Positions 26,148 through 39,079 of a stretch of DNA of 64,000 nucleotides are shown here, piece after piece. The DNA is from Ramazzottius varieornatus. Lineage: Eukaryota; Animalia; Tardigrada. Below the pieces are notes generated by a model that was not told the DNA's origin, did no database searches, and was given only the letters and a program-made list of their open reading frames with translations. Position numbers and translations under genes: made by a program. The stretch spans positions 62,001-126,000 of the forward strand of contig BDGG01000001.1 of the NCBI GenBank assembly GCA_001949185.1, written 5' to 3'. Position 1 is the stretch's first letter. Each line of letters opens with the position of its first letter.

Positions 26148-29100
26148 ATGAAGAAAGTCAGAAAGAAAGCGTCAAAGACCAAGCTGTTCTCCCCATCGCG
26201 GATGCCTCACACTTTGGACACCACCGTCTTCCTGGAGAAAGAGCCCGACAAGGACAGCGATTCGGAAGGCGACTATGTTTCGCCCGACGAAGAGCCCAAA
26301 ACATCGCCCCTTACTCGCAAGTTCTCCTCGCAGAAAGTTGAGTGTATCCGTCTCGGTCGATGCGAGAAGAGGCCGGCCAAACACACCATTCATGCCATCG
26401 AAAAAGAGATTGAACGGCACACGGCGCAGGTCAAGCAGCAAAAGGCTGTGGAACATTTGACGACGCCTGGTTCGCCCACCTCAAAGAGCAATCTTGACAG
26501 CGAGTCTACTTCACTCTATGTACCGACTGAACTCCTGATCAAAACTAGCAGCGTCGATATGGCTATCAAACAATTCCTGATCAAACCTACGAGGAAGCCT
26601 TCGTTGTCACAGCTTCTGCACGTTCTAACCAAGAGAAAGCTGGCCAGGAAGGTCGAGAAGGAAGCCCAGTCGGTCGAGTCGCTGCTGAAAATAAACCCCT
26701 TCAAGATGAATAAAGAGCTGGACATGTTAGAACTACGGGAAATGCTGAATCAAGGGAAGAGGAGCAAGTATGCTAACGCCATACTGAAGATTACCGATGA
26801 CAAGGCCAGGAGGCAGTATCAGGTCTTCAATGACAGACGCTTGCTTGCTCCGGTCTTCAATTTCTGCAAGACGGCCCATATGGAAGAAGGCAAGAAGGCG
26901 ACGTATGCCAACCTGGACACGAGAGAAAAGACGGTAATACAGACATTAAGTTGCCACCGCCAGACGAAAGTCCCACTGTAGCCAATGCCCCATTCGTGCT
27001 TACGCGTCGGCGACAGAAGTCAAAGGCGAGAAGTTTGCAATCAAGTACCGGTAATGCGGCTGCCAACGGTTAGCAAATTTCTGACGCAGGCATGATGTTA
27101 CAACTTTTTCGCTAAGTTTTGACTCTCTGCACCTCTCCGTAAAACTGCCTGTCGTTCATACTCCGATGCGGCAGAAACGGAATGTCAGGTCAAGTCATAC
27201 CATATGGCGTGATATCAGGTCATAGACCACAACCTGTCGGAAGTGGCCGACTGCCTTTGCTCTTTCAAGATTCCTTTCATGCATCTCCTCGTTATCCTCG
27301 TCATCAGCCAGTTCTCGATGAGCCAGTATATACCTCGATAGATTCTATGCAAGAGATCCTGCGTGAGTACAGAAGGGGTTGTATTACAGGAAGATAGAAA
27401 ACGCGCCCAAGTGAAAATCCGCCAGAGAAACATTTTCCGCAGGCTGCTCAACCTGATTCTCGTAGGTTGCAACATACGGCTCTAAACGAAAAAGTTAAGG
27501 CGAGAAACCAAGCGGAAAAAGCTAAGTAATGGACCGTTCGTACTCAAGAACTTTTGTTGCAGCCGCAGAACTTTCGCCGCTGGAAGTGCGAACGATGGCG
27601 TCACCAAAAAACCGTTTATACTGCTGTCTTCTGTCGCCGACGCGTAAGCACGAATGGGGCATAAGATGAGTTGCAACGTCAATCATAAGCGCAGCAGCTG
27701 ATCAGAACTTTGAATAGTTGGGCAGCCACCATGCTTCTCAATGCTAGCTAACCGCAACTTCGATTACGTCATTTTCCGAAAATAAGGGGAGCTCCGGAAA
27801 GCAAAATGTAGTTACACGTCGCGAAAGGAGCGGAGCAGGGCCGTAGCTACAGTTGCAAAGTGAACCAGGAGGGCAACTTAATCTCTGTATTGTGCTAGAC
27901 TGTCACCCGCGCAGGAGTACTTGTACGATTAAGTGGCGCAGGGATAACTTCCCTACCACTGCGGGAGTGCGTCGATCAGAAGAGACCAATCGGACTTGAC
28001 AATCTAGCCGCCTAAAACTCTGATTGGTCAACTAACAACATTGTGCCGCGGCTTCTTGTGCGAGCTAAGCAACTATCAATCGGCGCATTGCGTCATGATT
28101 CATGACGTATCCCGCTGGTACAATTTGATTGCTGGATTGAACGACAATATTCAGCCAATGTGTGCCCGAACTCTAGCGATATTTCTCTGTTCTCACCCAA
28201 TCTGTGTTCTTTCGTGCTGCAGAAGCCTCAGCAATTCTTCCACTTCCGTGATGTCCCCCAGCTTCTGGCCGTTACTCGGAAGAACCGTCGAATGTACCGG
28301 GAGAGCAGGTGGGACGTGAAGCGGCGTGTGCGCGAGACCAATCAGTGTAACATCAGCCTGGCCATCAAGCGGCGCATGATAGACTACCTCAACTCCTCCG
28401 TCCAGACATTCAGCAAGGAGATCAGCACGGTGGAAGAGGAGACTGAGCAGTTTGCTCGAGCTTTCGACGATTTCCTCCGCCAGAACGACGAGCAGACCAT
28501 CCAAGCCATCCATCGAGCACGCCAAGCGTCGAGGCAGCGAAAGGCAGCAGCTGTTCGATGCCGGGCCATCGACATGCGCAATAACCTCCTAGTCAACCAT
28601 AACATCCGCTCGGAAGACAAGATCCGTCTTCTGGACAGGTTCATCAATCTATGCTACGCAGTCCTCGCCGGAGACGTTAGGGCTGCGAATCTGAAGAGAG
28701 CGGAAGATGAAAGGAAGAAATTCAACCAAGAGCGATTCCGTGGATACTCCAGCGCAGCGACGTCCTTTGGCAGCTTCGTTGAAGACTCAAGCGTAAGAAT
28801 AAGCGAAGCGGTAGCGCCGATCATCACCGTGGAAGCCCATTCAGAAGACTTTGGGGTAACCAAATCAATCAGCGAAAGTCTCCTTGTGCACCTTACACTC
28901 AGCAGCGAAAGCGAAGCGGAATACTCCTCCGTCTCGCCTAACGAACTCAACCCGGTCTTCGTTCAAGAAGCCTTGAAGGTTCCACCCGTCCCTTTCCCCA
29001 ACGTCACATCCGCTCTTCAGACAATCGCCGACTTCCGAGCCAAATGTCTCGACCTGTGCACAGCTTCACACACGTTCCGAGAACATACGAAAGAGATGAA

Positions 29101-30226
29101 AGCTAAGATGCTCGACGAGCGCCAAACAGCTGGAGAAATCCAACGTCAAAGCTCAATCCGTATTCGAGTCTTACAAGAAGAAGTCAACGCGCTGACCGAC
29201 CGTCTCGACAACACTGAAAGTACCATAGCTTTGTACAACAGCGGCCTGCAAAGCCGGGAAGAATTCTTCAAGCCGATGAAACAGCTCAGCCAAGACATTG
29301 TTGATGTCTATCGAACCTGCATGGATTCAGTCGACCAACCACCCACGGTCGAGTTGATGTTAAGCGCGCTGCGTAAATGCCTGATAGACCATCAGCTAAA
29401 GTTGAAAGCATATCCTCCCGCTTACATCAAACGATGGTACGAAAAGGTAGTGGCCAATCGTGTAGCTGAAGGCAGGGATGTGGTGTTACAAGAGAAGCAG
29501 CAGCGAGGCGAAGAGGCCATGGCGGACAGGGCGCTGCAGGGGGCGAACGTCATACCGCGACGGCAGCTGCGGCCGCGCTCGCAACCACCTGACCACGACA
29601 ATGAGGTGGTGACGGCGATGAAAAGTCAACCGGCTATGCTGGATGTGATGGTGCAGAAAATGGAGCATGAGGTCAGCAGGGAAGACGAAGCGGGGGAGCA
29701 AGTGGTCGACGAGAGTGTCTCGCGGTATTTCGACCAAGGACCATCTTTGCCGACCATCGACGAAGAAGCGGTCGACCAACTAATTATTGAATCAAGCGCG
29801 TCACTTTCCCTCGACAGTCTTCCGCATATTTCGAGCGCCGGCAACTTTCGACTTTCTTCGGTTGACGTTTCAGTCTTGGGCGAAGTCAATGCAAGCCTAC
29901 CAAACGACATACAGATGCCAGAGGTGCCAGATAGTACTGCGCCACTGTTCGCATAAGTATCAGCTGAGACGGCTGGTGAGCAAGAGCCTGTGGCCATTTC
30001 GGCGGTTCGCGAGGATTCGATTCACCCGAAATTAGATGACATCTTCAGCGACCTGGATGAAGGAAACAACAAACCTGAAGACAGAAAGAGGTCAGCAAAA
30101 GCAGCGCTAGTCGACAAGGTAGCAGACACTGAGACCGTACAACCATCAGACGAGACCAAGAGCGGCAAAGCCAGAGGCCCTAAAGGTCACGGCGCCAAAA
30201 AGAGCCAAGCTTCCTCCAAGAAATAG
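26148..30226 (+). CDS. CFAP100/CCDC38-like (DUF4200) axonemal coiled-coil protein; exons 26148-26933 and 28223-29956, same frame open again to 30226
   Basis: Phase-0 donor ACG|GTAATA and acceptor CTGCAG|AAG are compatible. NPFKM..LDMLELRE resembles the CFAP100 N-terminus; SLAIKRRMI...FDDFLRQNDEQTIQAIHRA resembles DUF4200. Confidence 0.7.
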
Positions 30227-30496
30227 ACTGACAAAGCCGAAGACGGATGATATTGTAAGATGATGGGACATTTTACAAGATCTCCAGTGTATAGCGAAAA
30301 ATTAAGATGGCCAAGTGAAGGCGGATAGTTTGTTGGGCGGTTGCTACTGAACGGGGCGTTGATGAAGCTCTGGCTTGACATTGGCTGGAAGGTTGTTTCG
30401 GGACGTAAGAATGTCCTGTTTGGATGCCGTTGAGTCTTGAGGCGGACCGAAGCCCGTATGTTACTTGGTTGATTGCTTGTGGCGCTTAAGCAAGGA

Positions 30497-31796
30497 ATGT
30501 CAAATGGACCTTCCAGCACGAGCAACCCTCGCGCCAAACTCAACAACCCTGCCAACCAGCAGGCGGCTCGTGTGCTGATGCAGGAGCTGCAGTCACTGCA
30601 AAAGGAGAAAACCGAGGGCTTTACCGCTAAACTGGTCCAGGACGATAATTTGTTCGAATGGGAGGTGGCTATCTTCGGCCCACCCGACACCCTTTATGCT
30701 GGAGGATATTACAAGGCCATTATGAAGTAAGGACATGTTTCTCCCACCTTAGCACTACATTGGGACGTTGGCAAATGATTATCCCAGATTGCTGTCTCAA
30801 GTGGCACACATTCTTCTTGTTATTGGCTGAGATCGGGCGCCACTTGAATAGAATCTTATCCAGTTTGATTGTTTCCGCAGGTGGCGCGCGTACTTGCTAT
30901 TATAGGCTGGAAGCGCGCGTCTCTTGAGAAAGCGCCCTTTTATCAATACGTTTCGTTTGCCTGTCTCTGCACCTTACTCTAGTTGTCTTTGTTGTGTCAC
31001 CGAGTGTCTTCTGAACTTGGCAGATTTCCTCCTGGATATCCCTTCAAGTATGTACGCGGAAATACCTAACTTTGACTAAGTTCGTCGGAACAAAAACCAG
31101 TGTGTAATGGCTTCTCTTGTTCTAGCCCGCCTACAGTTCATTTTACCTCAAAAATATGGCACCCAAACGTGTAAGTAAACTTGCAACTATTGTCGTGTAT
31201 CATGTTGCTGGTTTGAGTGTACCAGCATGTCTCCATCCCTCGAAGTGAGCCACATTTCTTCAATAAGCACCGAATTGAGCATTTTTTGCCACAAACTCTC
31301 TGACTGATAAATTATTTTCAGGTACGCTAACGGTTCGGTATGTATCAGTATTTTACATCCGCAAACCGACAACCAACGTTCCGGCGAACTACCCAGCGAA
31401 AGATGGAACCCTACGCAGAACGCCTACTCTGTGCTGATGAGTATCATTTCGCTGCTCAACGAGCCCAACACCAACAGCCCAGCCAACGTCGAAGCCTCCA
31501 TCATGTACCGTCGCTGGAAGGAGAAGGGCGACAAGGAGTACGAGCGCATCATCAAGGAGGGCGTTGAGGCTTCACGGCCCGACGCCGCCAGGGACGGCGT
31601 CAAAGTGCCCACCACCATGGCCGAGTATTGTGTGGCCAAACCGCCGGCCCTCAAGGACAAGCCTCCCCTGCCACCCATCCTCGACTTTAACTTTGATGAT
31701 GACGGCGACGAGCCCTTCGATTACACGTCCGAAGAGGAAAATGCCCCTGCCGACGTCATCATTAACGGCCGCACACGAACACCACCCGGCTCCTGA
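30497..31796 (+). CDS. CDC34: Ubiquitin-conjugating enzyme E2 R (CDC34-like)
   Basis: Exons 30497-30726, 31024-31047, 31126-31170, 31322-31796; WEVAIFGPPDTLYAGGYYKA, WHPNVY..GSVCISILHP...SGELPSERWNPTQN, SLLNEPN..SPANV, short acidic tail. Confidence 0.93.
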
Positions 31797-32502
31797 ATGA
31801 CACATTCTCCCTTTCACAAATATTGCTGTCATACAAGTACGAACCCTTCTCATATCGACTACTGAGCCAGAGACAATTTCTAACAGTATTTACGGGTCGC
31901 TGGGCGACCGCTGTCAAAGTATCTGCGGATGCATCGCTTCGAAGTCAAGTCAAATATCCACGAAATTTTCAATGAATTTTACACACTATTTGTACTCACT
32001 ACTGGAAATACTGTAACTCGCGTGTAAGGTTGTTTTGATTGTCCTGTAATATTTGGCCTGATGGAATAAACTAGCATGCCCGATTGCAGCACTTGAGCGT
32101 CGATGTCCTTGTCGTATCACAGTCGGTCGGCTTTTGACCAGTCTTTCTGCTCCAACACGGAAGTTGTCTTGTTCTTTCGGGGATTCCGTGATGGACTGGC
32201 CGGTGTCTGCGGGTTGCACACACTGCACCGATTGCCACACAAGTCAAGCAAATCAGCCAGCGCTCCTTTCCTGACCGAACTGCAGTGACGACGTTGGGTC
32301 AAGGAAGGCGTCACATCTAAAACTGACAAGGCTCAAAACATCATCAAAAAGTACACAATATACATCAATCACTCTCAAAGATGTCGTTCACGAATCTGTA
32401 GTATACGCACAATCAGCTGTAGCGATGGTGCCCACAACTCTTCTGCTAGTTGACCAGTCTCTACGCTTGATCTGTTCAGTTAGTGAGATTTGACTGGGCG
32501 TA

Positions 32503-32694
32503 CACGCAAGACGAGAAATTATGGTACAGTAAAAATTATGGGACAGGCGGAAAGGACAGTAAGATTCCACGTTAGAAAAGTGTCGAAAAATGTATTACTG
32601 TGAATCGGTTGCGTACGTACGTGCTTCCGTACCGCCGTAGCGAAAAGGCCTGGTCCCATAATGTTTACTGTACCATAATTTCTCGTCCTGCGTG
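32503..32694. mobile_element. Complete MITE with ~42-bp TIRs, TA-flanked
   Basis: TA|CACGCAAGACGAGAAATTATGGTACAGTAAAAATTATGGGAC ... GTCCCATAATGTTTACTGTACCATAATTTCTCGTCCTGCGTG|TA. Confidence 0.9.
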
Positions 32695-33171
32695 TACTGG
32701 GGAAAGAAGCCTAACGGAAGCTAGCGTGTTACAGGGCTTTCAAGACTTTGCGGAATATATTTGGAGTCTTTCCTTTTTTTCAGGCAGAATACAAGCCAGA
32801 AACGGACATTGCAGTGCTGCCTTCTCAACGGAGCGGTGTTTCTCTTTAGCAATTTGTTATTCCAGTACCTGCTACTTCCCAGCCTGCACTTCTCCACCAA
32901 CCTTCTATTCCACTGTATGTCAAACCACTGCTGCTAACCCTTGCTCTATCTGACTGATCTCCTGCTGCTGACCTTGTGGCGCTTGCAATTGACTTGAAGC
33001 TTTACACCGCGGGAAGACAAGGTTCGGGCATCAGTATGGTCCTGGATTTTCTTTGTGTCTTCCTGGTTGTTCAGCATTCTCTGGATCGTTCCGCTATACC
33101 TCCTAAGCCCCTATGGTTCGAGGTATGTCAGCTGCTTTCGAAGCTTACAGTACTCTACCACTGATTTCCCT

Positions 33172-33409
33172 CACTGGTGGCCCATTGAATTTTAATTCTG
33201 TTTGCCAGTTGGAAATTCATATGTCTGGCCTCGGCTTGGGAGCCGAACCGATAATCGGGCCAGGATGAATTTGGAAATGGACCGAGTAGGAAATATAACG
33301 AAAAACTCAGTTCGGCTTTTAGTGGAACCCAACCCGGCCTGACGGTTCGGAACCGCAGACATTTGATTTACAACTGCTAAACAGAATTAAAATTTGATGG
33401 GCCACACTG
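33172..33409. mobile_element. hAT-like MITE (family also at 44858 and ~62150)
   Basis: TIRs GTGGCCCATTGAATTTTAATTCTGTTT / AAACAGAATTAAAATTTGATGGGCCAC; internal ATAATCGGGC motif shared with the other copies. Confidence 0.8.
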
Positions 33410-34049
33410 ACCCGGCCGAGCGAAGCGAGGCCTTTATAAGTTTCAGGTTTTCAATGCTGATCAGAATGTTCAGTTATGGCTTTATCGCAAACACCCTTCT
33501 GGAAAAACAGTGCGCCAGTTGAACGAACCGATGTACTAGACTTACTTATCCACTTATCGCAAACTTCAATGCGTCAGTGCGCTCGCTCGACCGTCCCAGT
33601 GGTCAAGACCAATAGCTAGTTGGCCTAAATGTACCAGAGATGGTTTACCTTCATAGGATATTCCCAGCGCCATTTCCGCCAGTAAAACACCTTCAGCCAG
33701 CACCAATCGTCTCGCCGGCAGTTTGGGAACTGCCTTGGCCGACATAGCTTTTGGCCTCCTCCTCAAAGGACTCTTCCTTGTCCAGTTACGTACAGGTAAA
33801 AGCTTGAAACTTCAGGCTACGTCTGCCGCAAAAAAGTCCGAACTAATTTCATTTCAGGCTCAAGTGACGTCGATATTTCCGATTCGAGTGGTCGACCACT
33901 TGGCCCTTATCCTCCACATGAGCATTCTGAATTCTCTCTGCGCCTTCGATAACACGTGGTCGCGTCAAGGTAAATGCAAGTTCTGTGACGAGCAACGCAG
34001 TTTTTTTACATTTGTGTTAACATCATCAAATTCGTTATTGCAGGGTGAT

Positions 34050-37000
34050 TAACCTTTTACTCTGTTCCAATGCAAAGCCAGGCTAAGCGCTGTATGAACA
34101 GAGTTCGAAAAATGCGGCAAGAGCGCCAGAGAAAAAGAGGGTATATAAAACAAAAACAACCAACTTTTTCGTTTTTAAAATCTCAAAATCTAAACCAGCA
34201 GAAGTACATCTACGTTGCTCTTGCACCACATGAAATTCGAGAAGTTTAGCCCGCTCAGATAGTTCTTAAAACTCAACAAGCTATTTACATGAAGAGCAGA
34301 TGGACAAAAAAGGCTATCTTTGAGCAATGCCTCGGTGATGTACGCAAACGAGCCGGAAGTGGACTCAAGAAGCTTGCAGGACAGTGGAGCGGTGGAGACA
34401 GGCAGCATCATCAGGATTTTGGCTTGACTCCTTGTTTTCAAGTTCCGGCTTGGTTCTTGGCTCTTCAGCAGACGATTACCGCTGGCAAAATTACCAGTCC
34501 GAATTCGAAAGACGTTCACCAGGAGGTTTTCACAGCGTCGATGCCAGAGTGGCTTCCATGCGACTTCTTGCAAATGCTGGTGGTATCGCTTGAAGTCTGG
34601 ATCGTGCCTGTCTTTGTCTGCTCGGCTCAATCGGATGTTCTGCAGGAACTTCTTTTGAATGGATTCCAGCTGTCTTTGCAGGCTCTTGGTCGTAGGGAAC
34701 CAGCATGACGAGGCATAGTCGTGGACTGCTCTTACGAGGCTCTTGTAAAGAAGCTGCTTCTCTGCTCCATATCGCTGGGGAAAGAACGCGTTGACAGCGT
34801 ACAATCTTTGCCTGCACTTGGCCGACACTTTGTCCACTTGGGCTGTCCATTCGAGCTTGCTTGAGAAAGTTACGCCGAGGCAAACTGCTTCATTCACCAA
34901 AGGGATCTTCTTGCCACTAATCACGTAGTATTCGCCTGGAACCTTCACACTCTTGTCCCGCTTGTTCGAGATCCGGAGGTGCTGCGACTTTTCCGGATTG
35001 ATTTCGAGGCCAACTTCTTTACACCATGCTACTAACCGTTGGAGATCTTGCTGGAGGAGAACGCAGTCTTCATGTTTCTTGATTGTTCGAGACAGAACAA
35101 TGTCATCGGCGTACTGCATGACCGTGGAACTGATGCTTTTGGCTAGGCTGTTAACGGCAATGGTGAAGAGGAGTGGGCCAAGAATTGAACCCTGCGGTAC
35201 ACCAGATGGGACAGATTGTTCCGACGAGAAATGTCCCTCAACCACGACTCTTTGGCTCCTTCCTTTCAAGTAATCAGACAGCAAACCTTTCATCTCACCA
35301 TTCACTCCATGACTTGACAGGCTAGTGACGATGGACGAGTGCGGAAGCTTGTCGAAGGCTTTCGAACAGTCCAAAAGAACCACGTCTTCTTCGGCTCTTT
35401 GTAAGAGGGCTTGCGAGTATTGGTGAGCCATATGGAGCAACTGCATTTCCGTCGACCTCTGCTTTCTGAATCCGTACTGCGTATCTGAAAGTAGATTATT
35501 CTTATCAAGATAGTTACTCAGATGACTCGCCACAATCTTCTCGAACAGCTTGGATAATGGTGGTAGAAGGGAGATGGGACGAAAGGAAGAGCTTCCCTTC
35601 TTTGGTATTGGTACCACTTCGGCCTGCCTCCACGCTGTGGGGAATTCTCTTTTGCTGACGATCAGGTCGAACAGTCTTGACAAGGGATATACTACGGATG
35701 TTCCCGCGATCTTGAGTAGCTGGTTGGCTATCAGGAAGGAACCAGCAGCTTTAGCAGAGTCTAGGCGTTGGATTTGCTTCAAGATCACCGAGGTGGTGAA
35801 GTGAAGTGGCAGGCAGTGGCGTGGACAGGCAGGGTACACTTTGGAGAATTCTCGGCTGATAAACTCGGCTTTGTCTTGCGGATCTACGATGTACTTCTCA
35901 TCATGACCAGGTATCGGGATAGGCGGGATAGATGCAGCGGAGGTGTTCTTCTTGACATGTTTCCAGACTGCTCGGGGATTTCTACGGGATGCTTTTGCGA
36001 TGCCATAAAGACGACGATGCTTGTCAGACTGGATGATCCTTCTCTTGCTAACTTCGAGCTCCTTCCAACTTGAATAATCTGCTTGATCCCTTGTTCTTCT
36101 CCATTTCTTAAAGGCACTTCCACATCTTCGCAAGCTATCAATAGCTCTTTCGGAGAGGGAAGGACGATGAAGACGCTTGGCTCCGACAGACTTCAACTGA
36201 AAAGCACTCTTCGCAGCAGCGATGAATTTATCCTGAAAAACAGTAACGGCAACATCGACATTGCACATCAAATCAAACACTTGGCCCCAATCAATCGATG
36301 ATAGTGCAGTCTTGAAAACATTGATATTCTCCCCGTCAATTTTCCACACCAGCTTTGGCTTCGTCTTGAAGTTCGGAGTCATAAGCATCAGCTTGGTTTC
36401 GATGGCTTGATGACCACATGTAGCTGAAGGTGGGTTAACGATCCTGGTGTTGCGAACGAAGCCCAGTTGGGTAACGAAGAGCTGGTCGAGTGGTGATTCG
36501 CTTCGTCCCCGCTTTCGAGTGGTGCCTTTCACTTTCTGCCAGTTTAAACTCGTTCTTCAGCTGGATGAAATCCCTGTCCCTTTCCGAATTTCCACTTGTA
36601 TCGCCATCCCAGACTATCTTTGGACAATTAAAGTCACCAACTAGGAGAATATTCCGCCGTAAGAATGGTGGAATGAGCTCCATCGACGTGCGAAGCTTCG
36701 AGAAGACTTGGGCATCATAAGCTGGCGCATAAACTACTCCGATCAGGACGTTCAAACGCAAGCAAATCAGCTTGATCCACATCACCTCCACACCGTCCAC
36801 TTCCAGGCTCTCCATTCTGACAGCTTGTAGCCCCTTCTTGATGGCGATGGCTACTCCTCCCCCCGCTTGCTTCTTGCATCCTTCTCGATCCTTCCGGAAG
36901 AGATTGTAATGTTCAGGGTCAGCAATCAAACAATCAGGGGTGGAGTTGTCTGCCCAAGTTTCGACCAACGCGACGATATCCGCCTTCTTCTCCTCCATCC

Positions 37001-37075
37001 ATCTCTTGGTCTCCTCGCTTTTGCTTCTGATGCCATTGACGATTTCCGTACAAGAACGTCAGCTTCTTCCTGATT
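34050..37075 (-). mobile_element. Near-complete LINE ORF2 (APE endonuclease + RT; CR1/L2/Jockey group), copy B, frameshifted
   Basis: ORFs 36435-36998 (LVETW, VGDFNCP) and 34190-36532 (FRPISLL, QYGFR, LDCSKAFD, GVPQGSILGP, QYADD, CLGV); frameshifts at ~36530 and ~37040. Confidence 0.95.
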
Positions 37076-37806
37076 TCACCTGAAAACCTAAGAGGAGGCA
37101 TCTCGCAGTCGATAAGAGAGGTTCCGAAGAAAAAATTAGAGATTTTTTATTGATATTTTTGAAGTCACGAAACGGTTGATGGCTGTGGAAGTCCATTGGC
37201 CATACTTCCTGGGGTTCGGTTTACCGATAACTCTATTAACATCCAGCTGTGGAAGCTACTGGATTAGTGGTTGTGACTTCTCCATACTTTTCCCGTTGTT
37301 GGTCATAAGCGCCGAACTGGCCAAACTTCTATCAAGCGAAACGTTCGTCCTCCTTCTCGAGTGACCAACAATTGAAGCAACTGACTGTATTCTCCCTGTT
37401 GCAGAACGTTCAACTTGCCAGTCTTCCTAACCACAGTAGCCGTGGCCAACTTCGTGATGAGCTCCTTGTTCAGCTCAGCGAACACGACAGATATGAGCAC
37501 ATACTCCTTCCATCGCATCCGTCTTCTGCTCGGTCGAGGTCTAAAGAACAGTCTGCCGTCTTTCAGACAAGTAAATGGACGGGCCTTACCAACAGCGTCG
37601 GCCATTGACCCGCAAGAGTCACAGCCATTTCTCGTAGAGAAACCGTGCCAAAGCTGAATCGACCAATCAACGTAAACTTCGCGTTGCTACGCTTTTTTCA
37701 TATAAGCCAAATTTGATTTTAAGTTTTAGACGATATAGAATTCTAGTTTAGTTGTTATAGTTTTTATTCCCAGCTCAAGAAGACTTTCACGTACTCACTA
37801 CTGTAA

Positions 37807-38938
37807 ATGCATCAGAGCGATAAACTGAAGAATAGTTATTCCGCCTTCTTCGATGAGTCCGTGTACAACTTGCGTCCAGCTGTGGCTGAACGTCAGCTCA
37901 AAGCTCAACGTTATACTTCCAAATTCACAGAAGGGATAAGGCAGGCGGCTCGGAAGCAGAAATCGACGAGAAACACCTTGGGAGTTCCCGCAGTGGCGGC
38001 TCCTAAGCCGGACCGATATCTGAAACGTCACGCAAACAAGAAACCTGTACGTCTGCCAGGTAGCTGTTTTCTTTCGTGGAAGAGCCTCATTCGTCGTCGT
38101 ATGACAGTTTGGATTGTCAATTTTCGCAGATGCACGTGAGACGAGAGTGTACCGTATCGAGCACCGAAGGGTGGTCCAGCAAAGCGAGGCAGCGGTGCAG
38201 CACTTCGACTGTCCCAATGTGCAATCCCCATGCCGTCAACCAAGATTGGGGGAAACGCAACCTGGAGGAGCTGGGGCAGATCAAGCCGAAAGAACCGAGT
38301 ATGCGCAATGTCGTTTCCAGATATGGGCGACTCGGGGAAAAGATGCCGCTGTCCGGACTCATGTCCCATTACGTCTGGAAGAAAGTAAGTCGTACAGAAT
38401 TTGATTAGATAGACCGATCATGCCAATTCGTAGGAAAAAGCGCAAAATAAAACCGCCCAAGGTGTCGTGAAGAAATTCGAAGAAATTACCCGACAACCTT
38501 CGTCCCTGTACTACTGTGTCGCTTGAATGAATGGTCCAAATAACCTTTCTGCAAATATTTCAGGGTTATGGCGAATGTCCTAAGTACATTCAGCGTTACA
38601 AGAAGCAGTCTATCGCCCAACACCAGCACAGCCTCGCCGCCCGGAAAGCTGCCCAGAAGGAAGCCTTGGGTGCGCAGTACCAATGCATTAGTCCGCACGA
38701 ACGGCAGCAAGTCTTGGACAACCTCAAGCATCTCCGTGACGATACCATGCACAAATTTTTACTGCAGACCTTTGCTCTGGACAACCAGACCAAGTTGCGC
38801 GACTCAGTTCTGTTGGATACAGCGCTCAAGGAGTTCGAACGACAAATCGACATTGTCCAACGCCATAAAGTTATCGTTGTGAAAAAGTGCAATACTGGAC
38901 CGAACGATAGTGAAGAGAATCAGCTCATCCCCACTTGA
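37807..38938 (+). CDS. ENKUR: Enkurin (microtubule inner protein), 3 exons
   Basis: Exons 37807-38046, 38130-38384, 38564-38938 splice in phase 0; ESVYNL...RYTSKF...YLKRH, SGLMSHYVWKK|GYGECPKYI, ERQQVLDNLK...LKEFERQIDIVQRHKVIVV. Confidence 0.88.
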
Positions 38939-39079
38939 AATGACCTTTGATACTTGTAACAGCGACTAATTTGTCCGACCATCTTATTTGTCTTATTCTG
39001 AAGCAGACGACATCTAGGACTTTAACGTCTGGTTGATAACATCATCCCGCAACAAATTGATCTCACAGGTTCATGTAAT

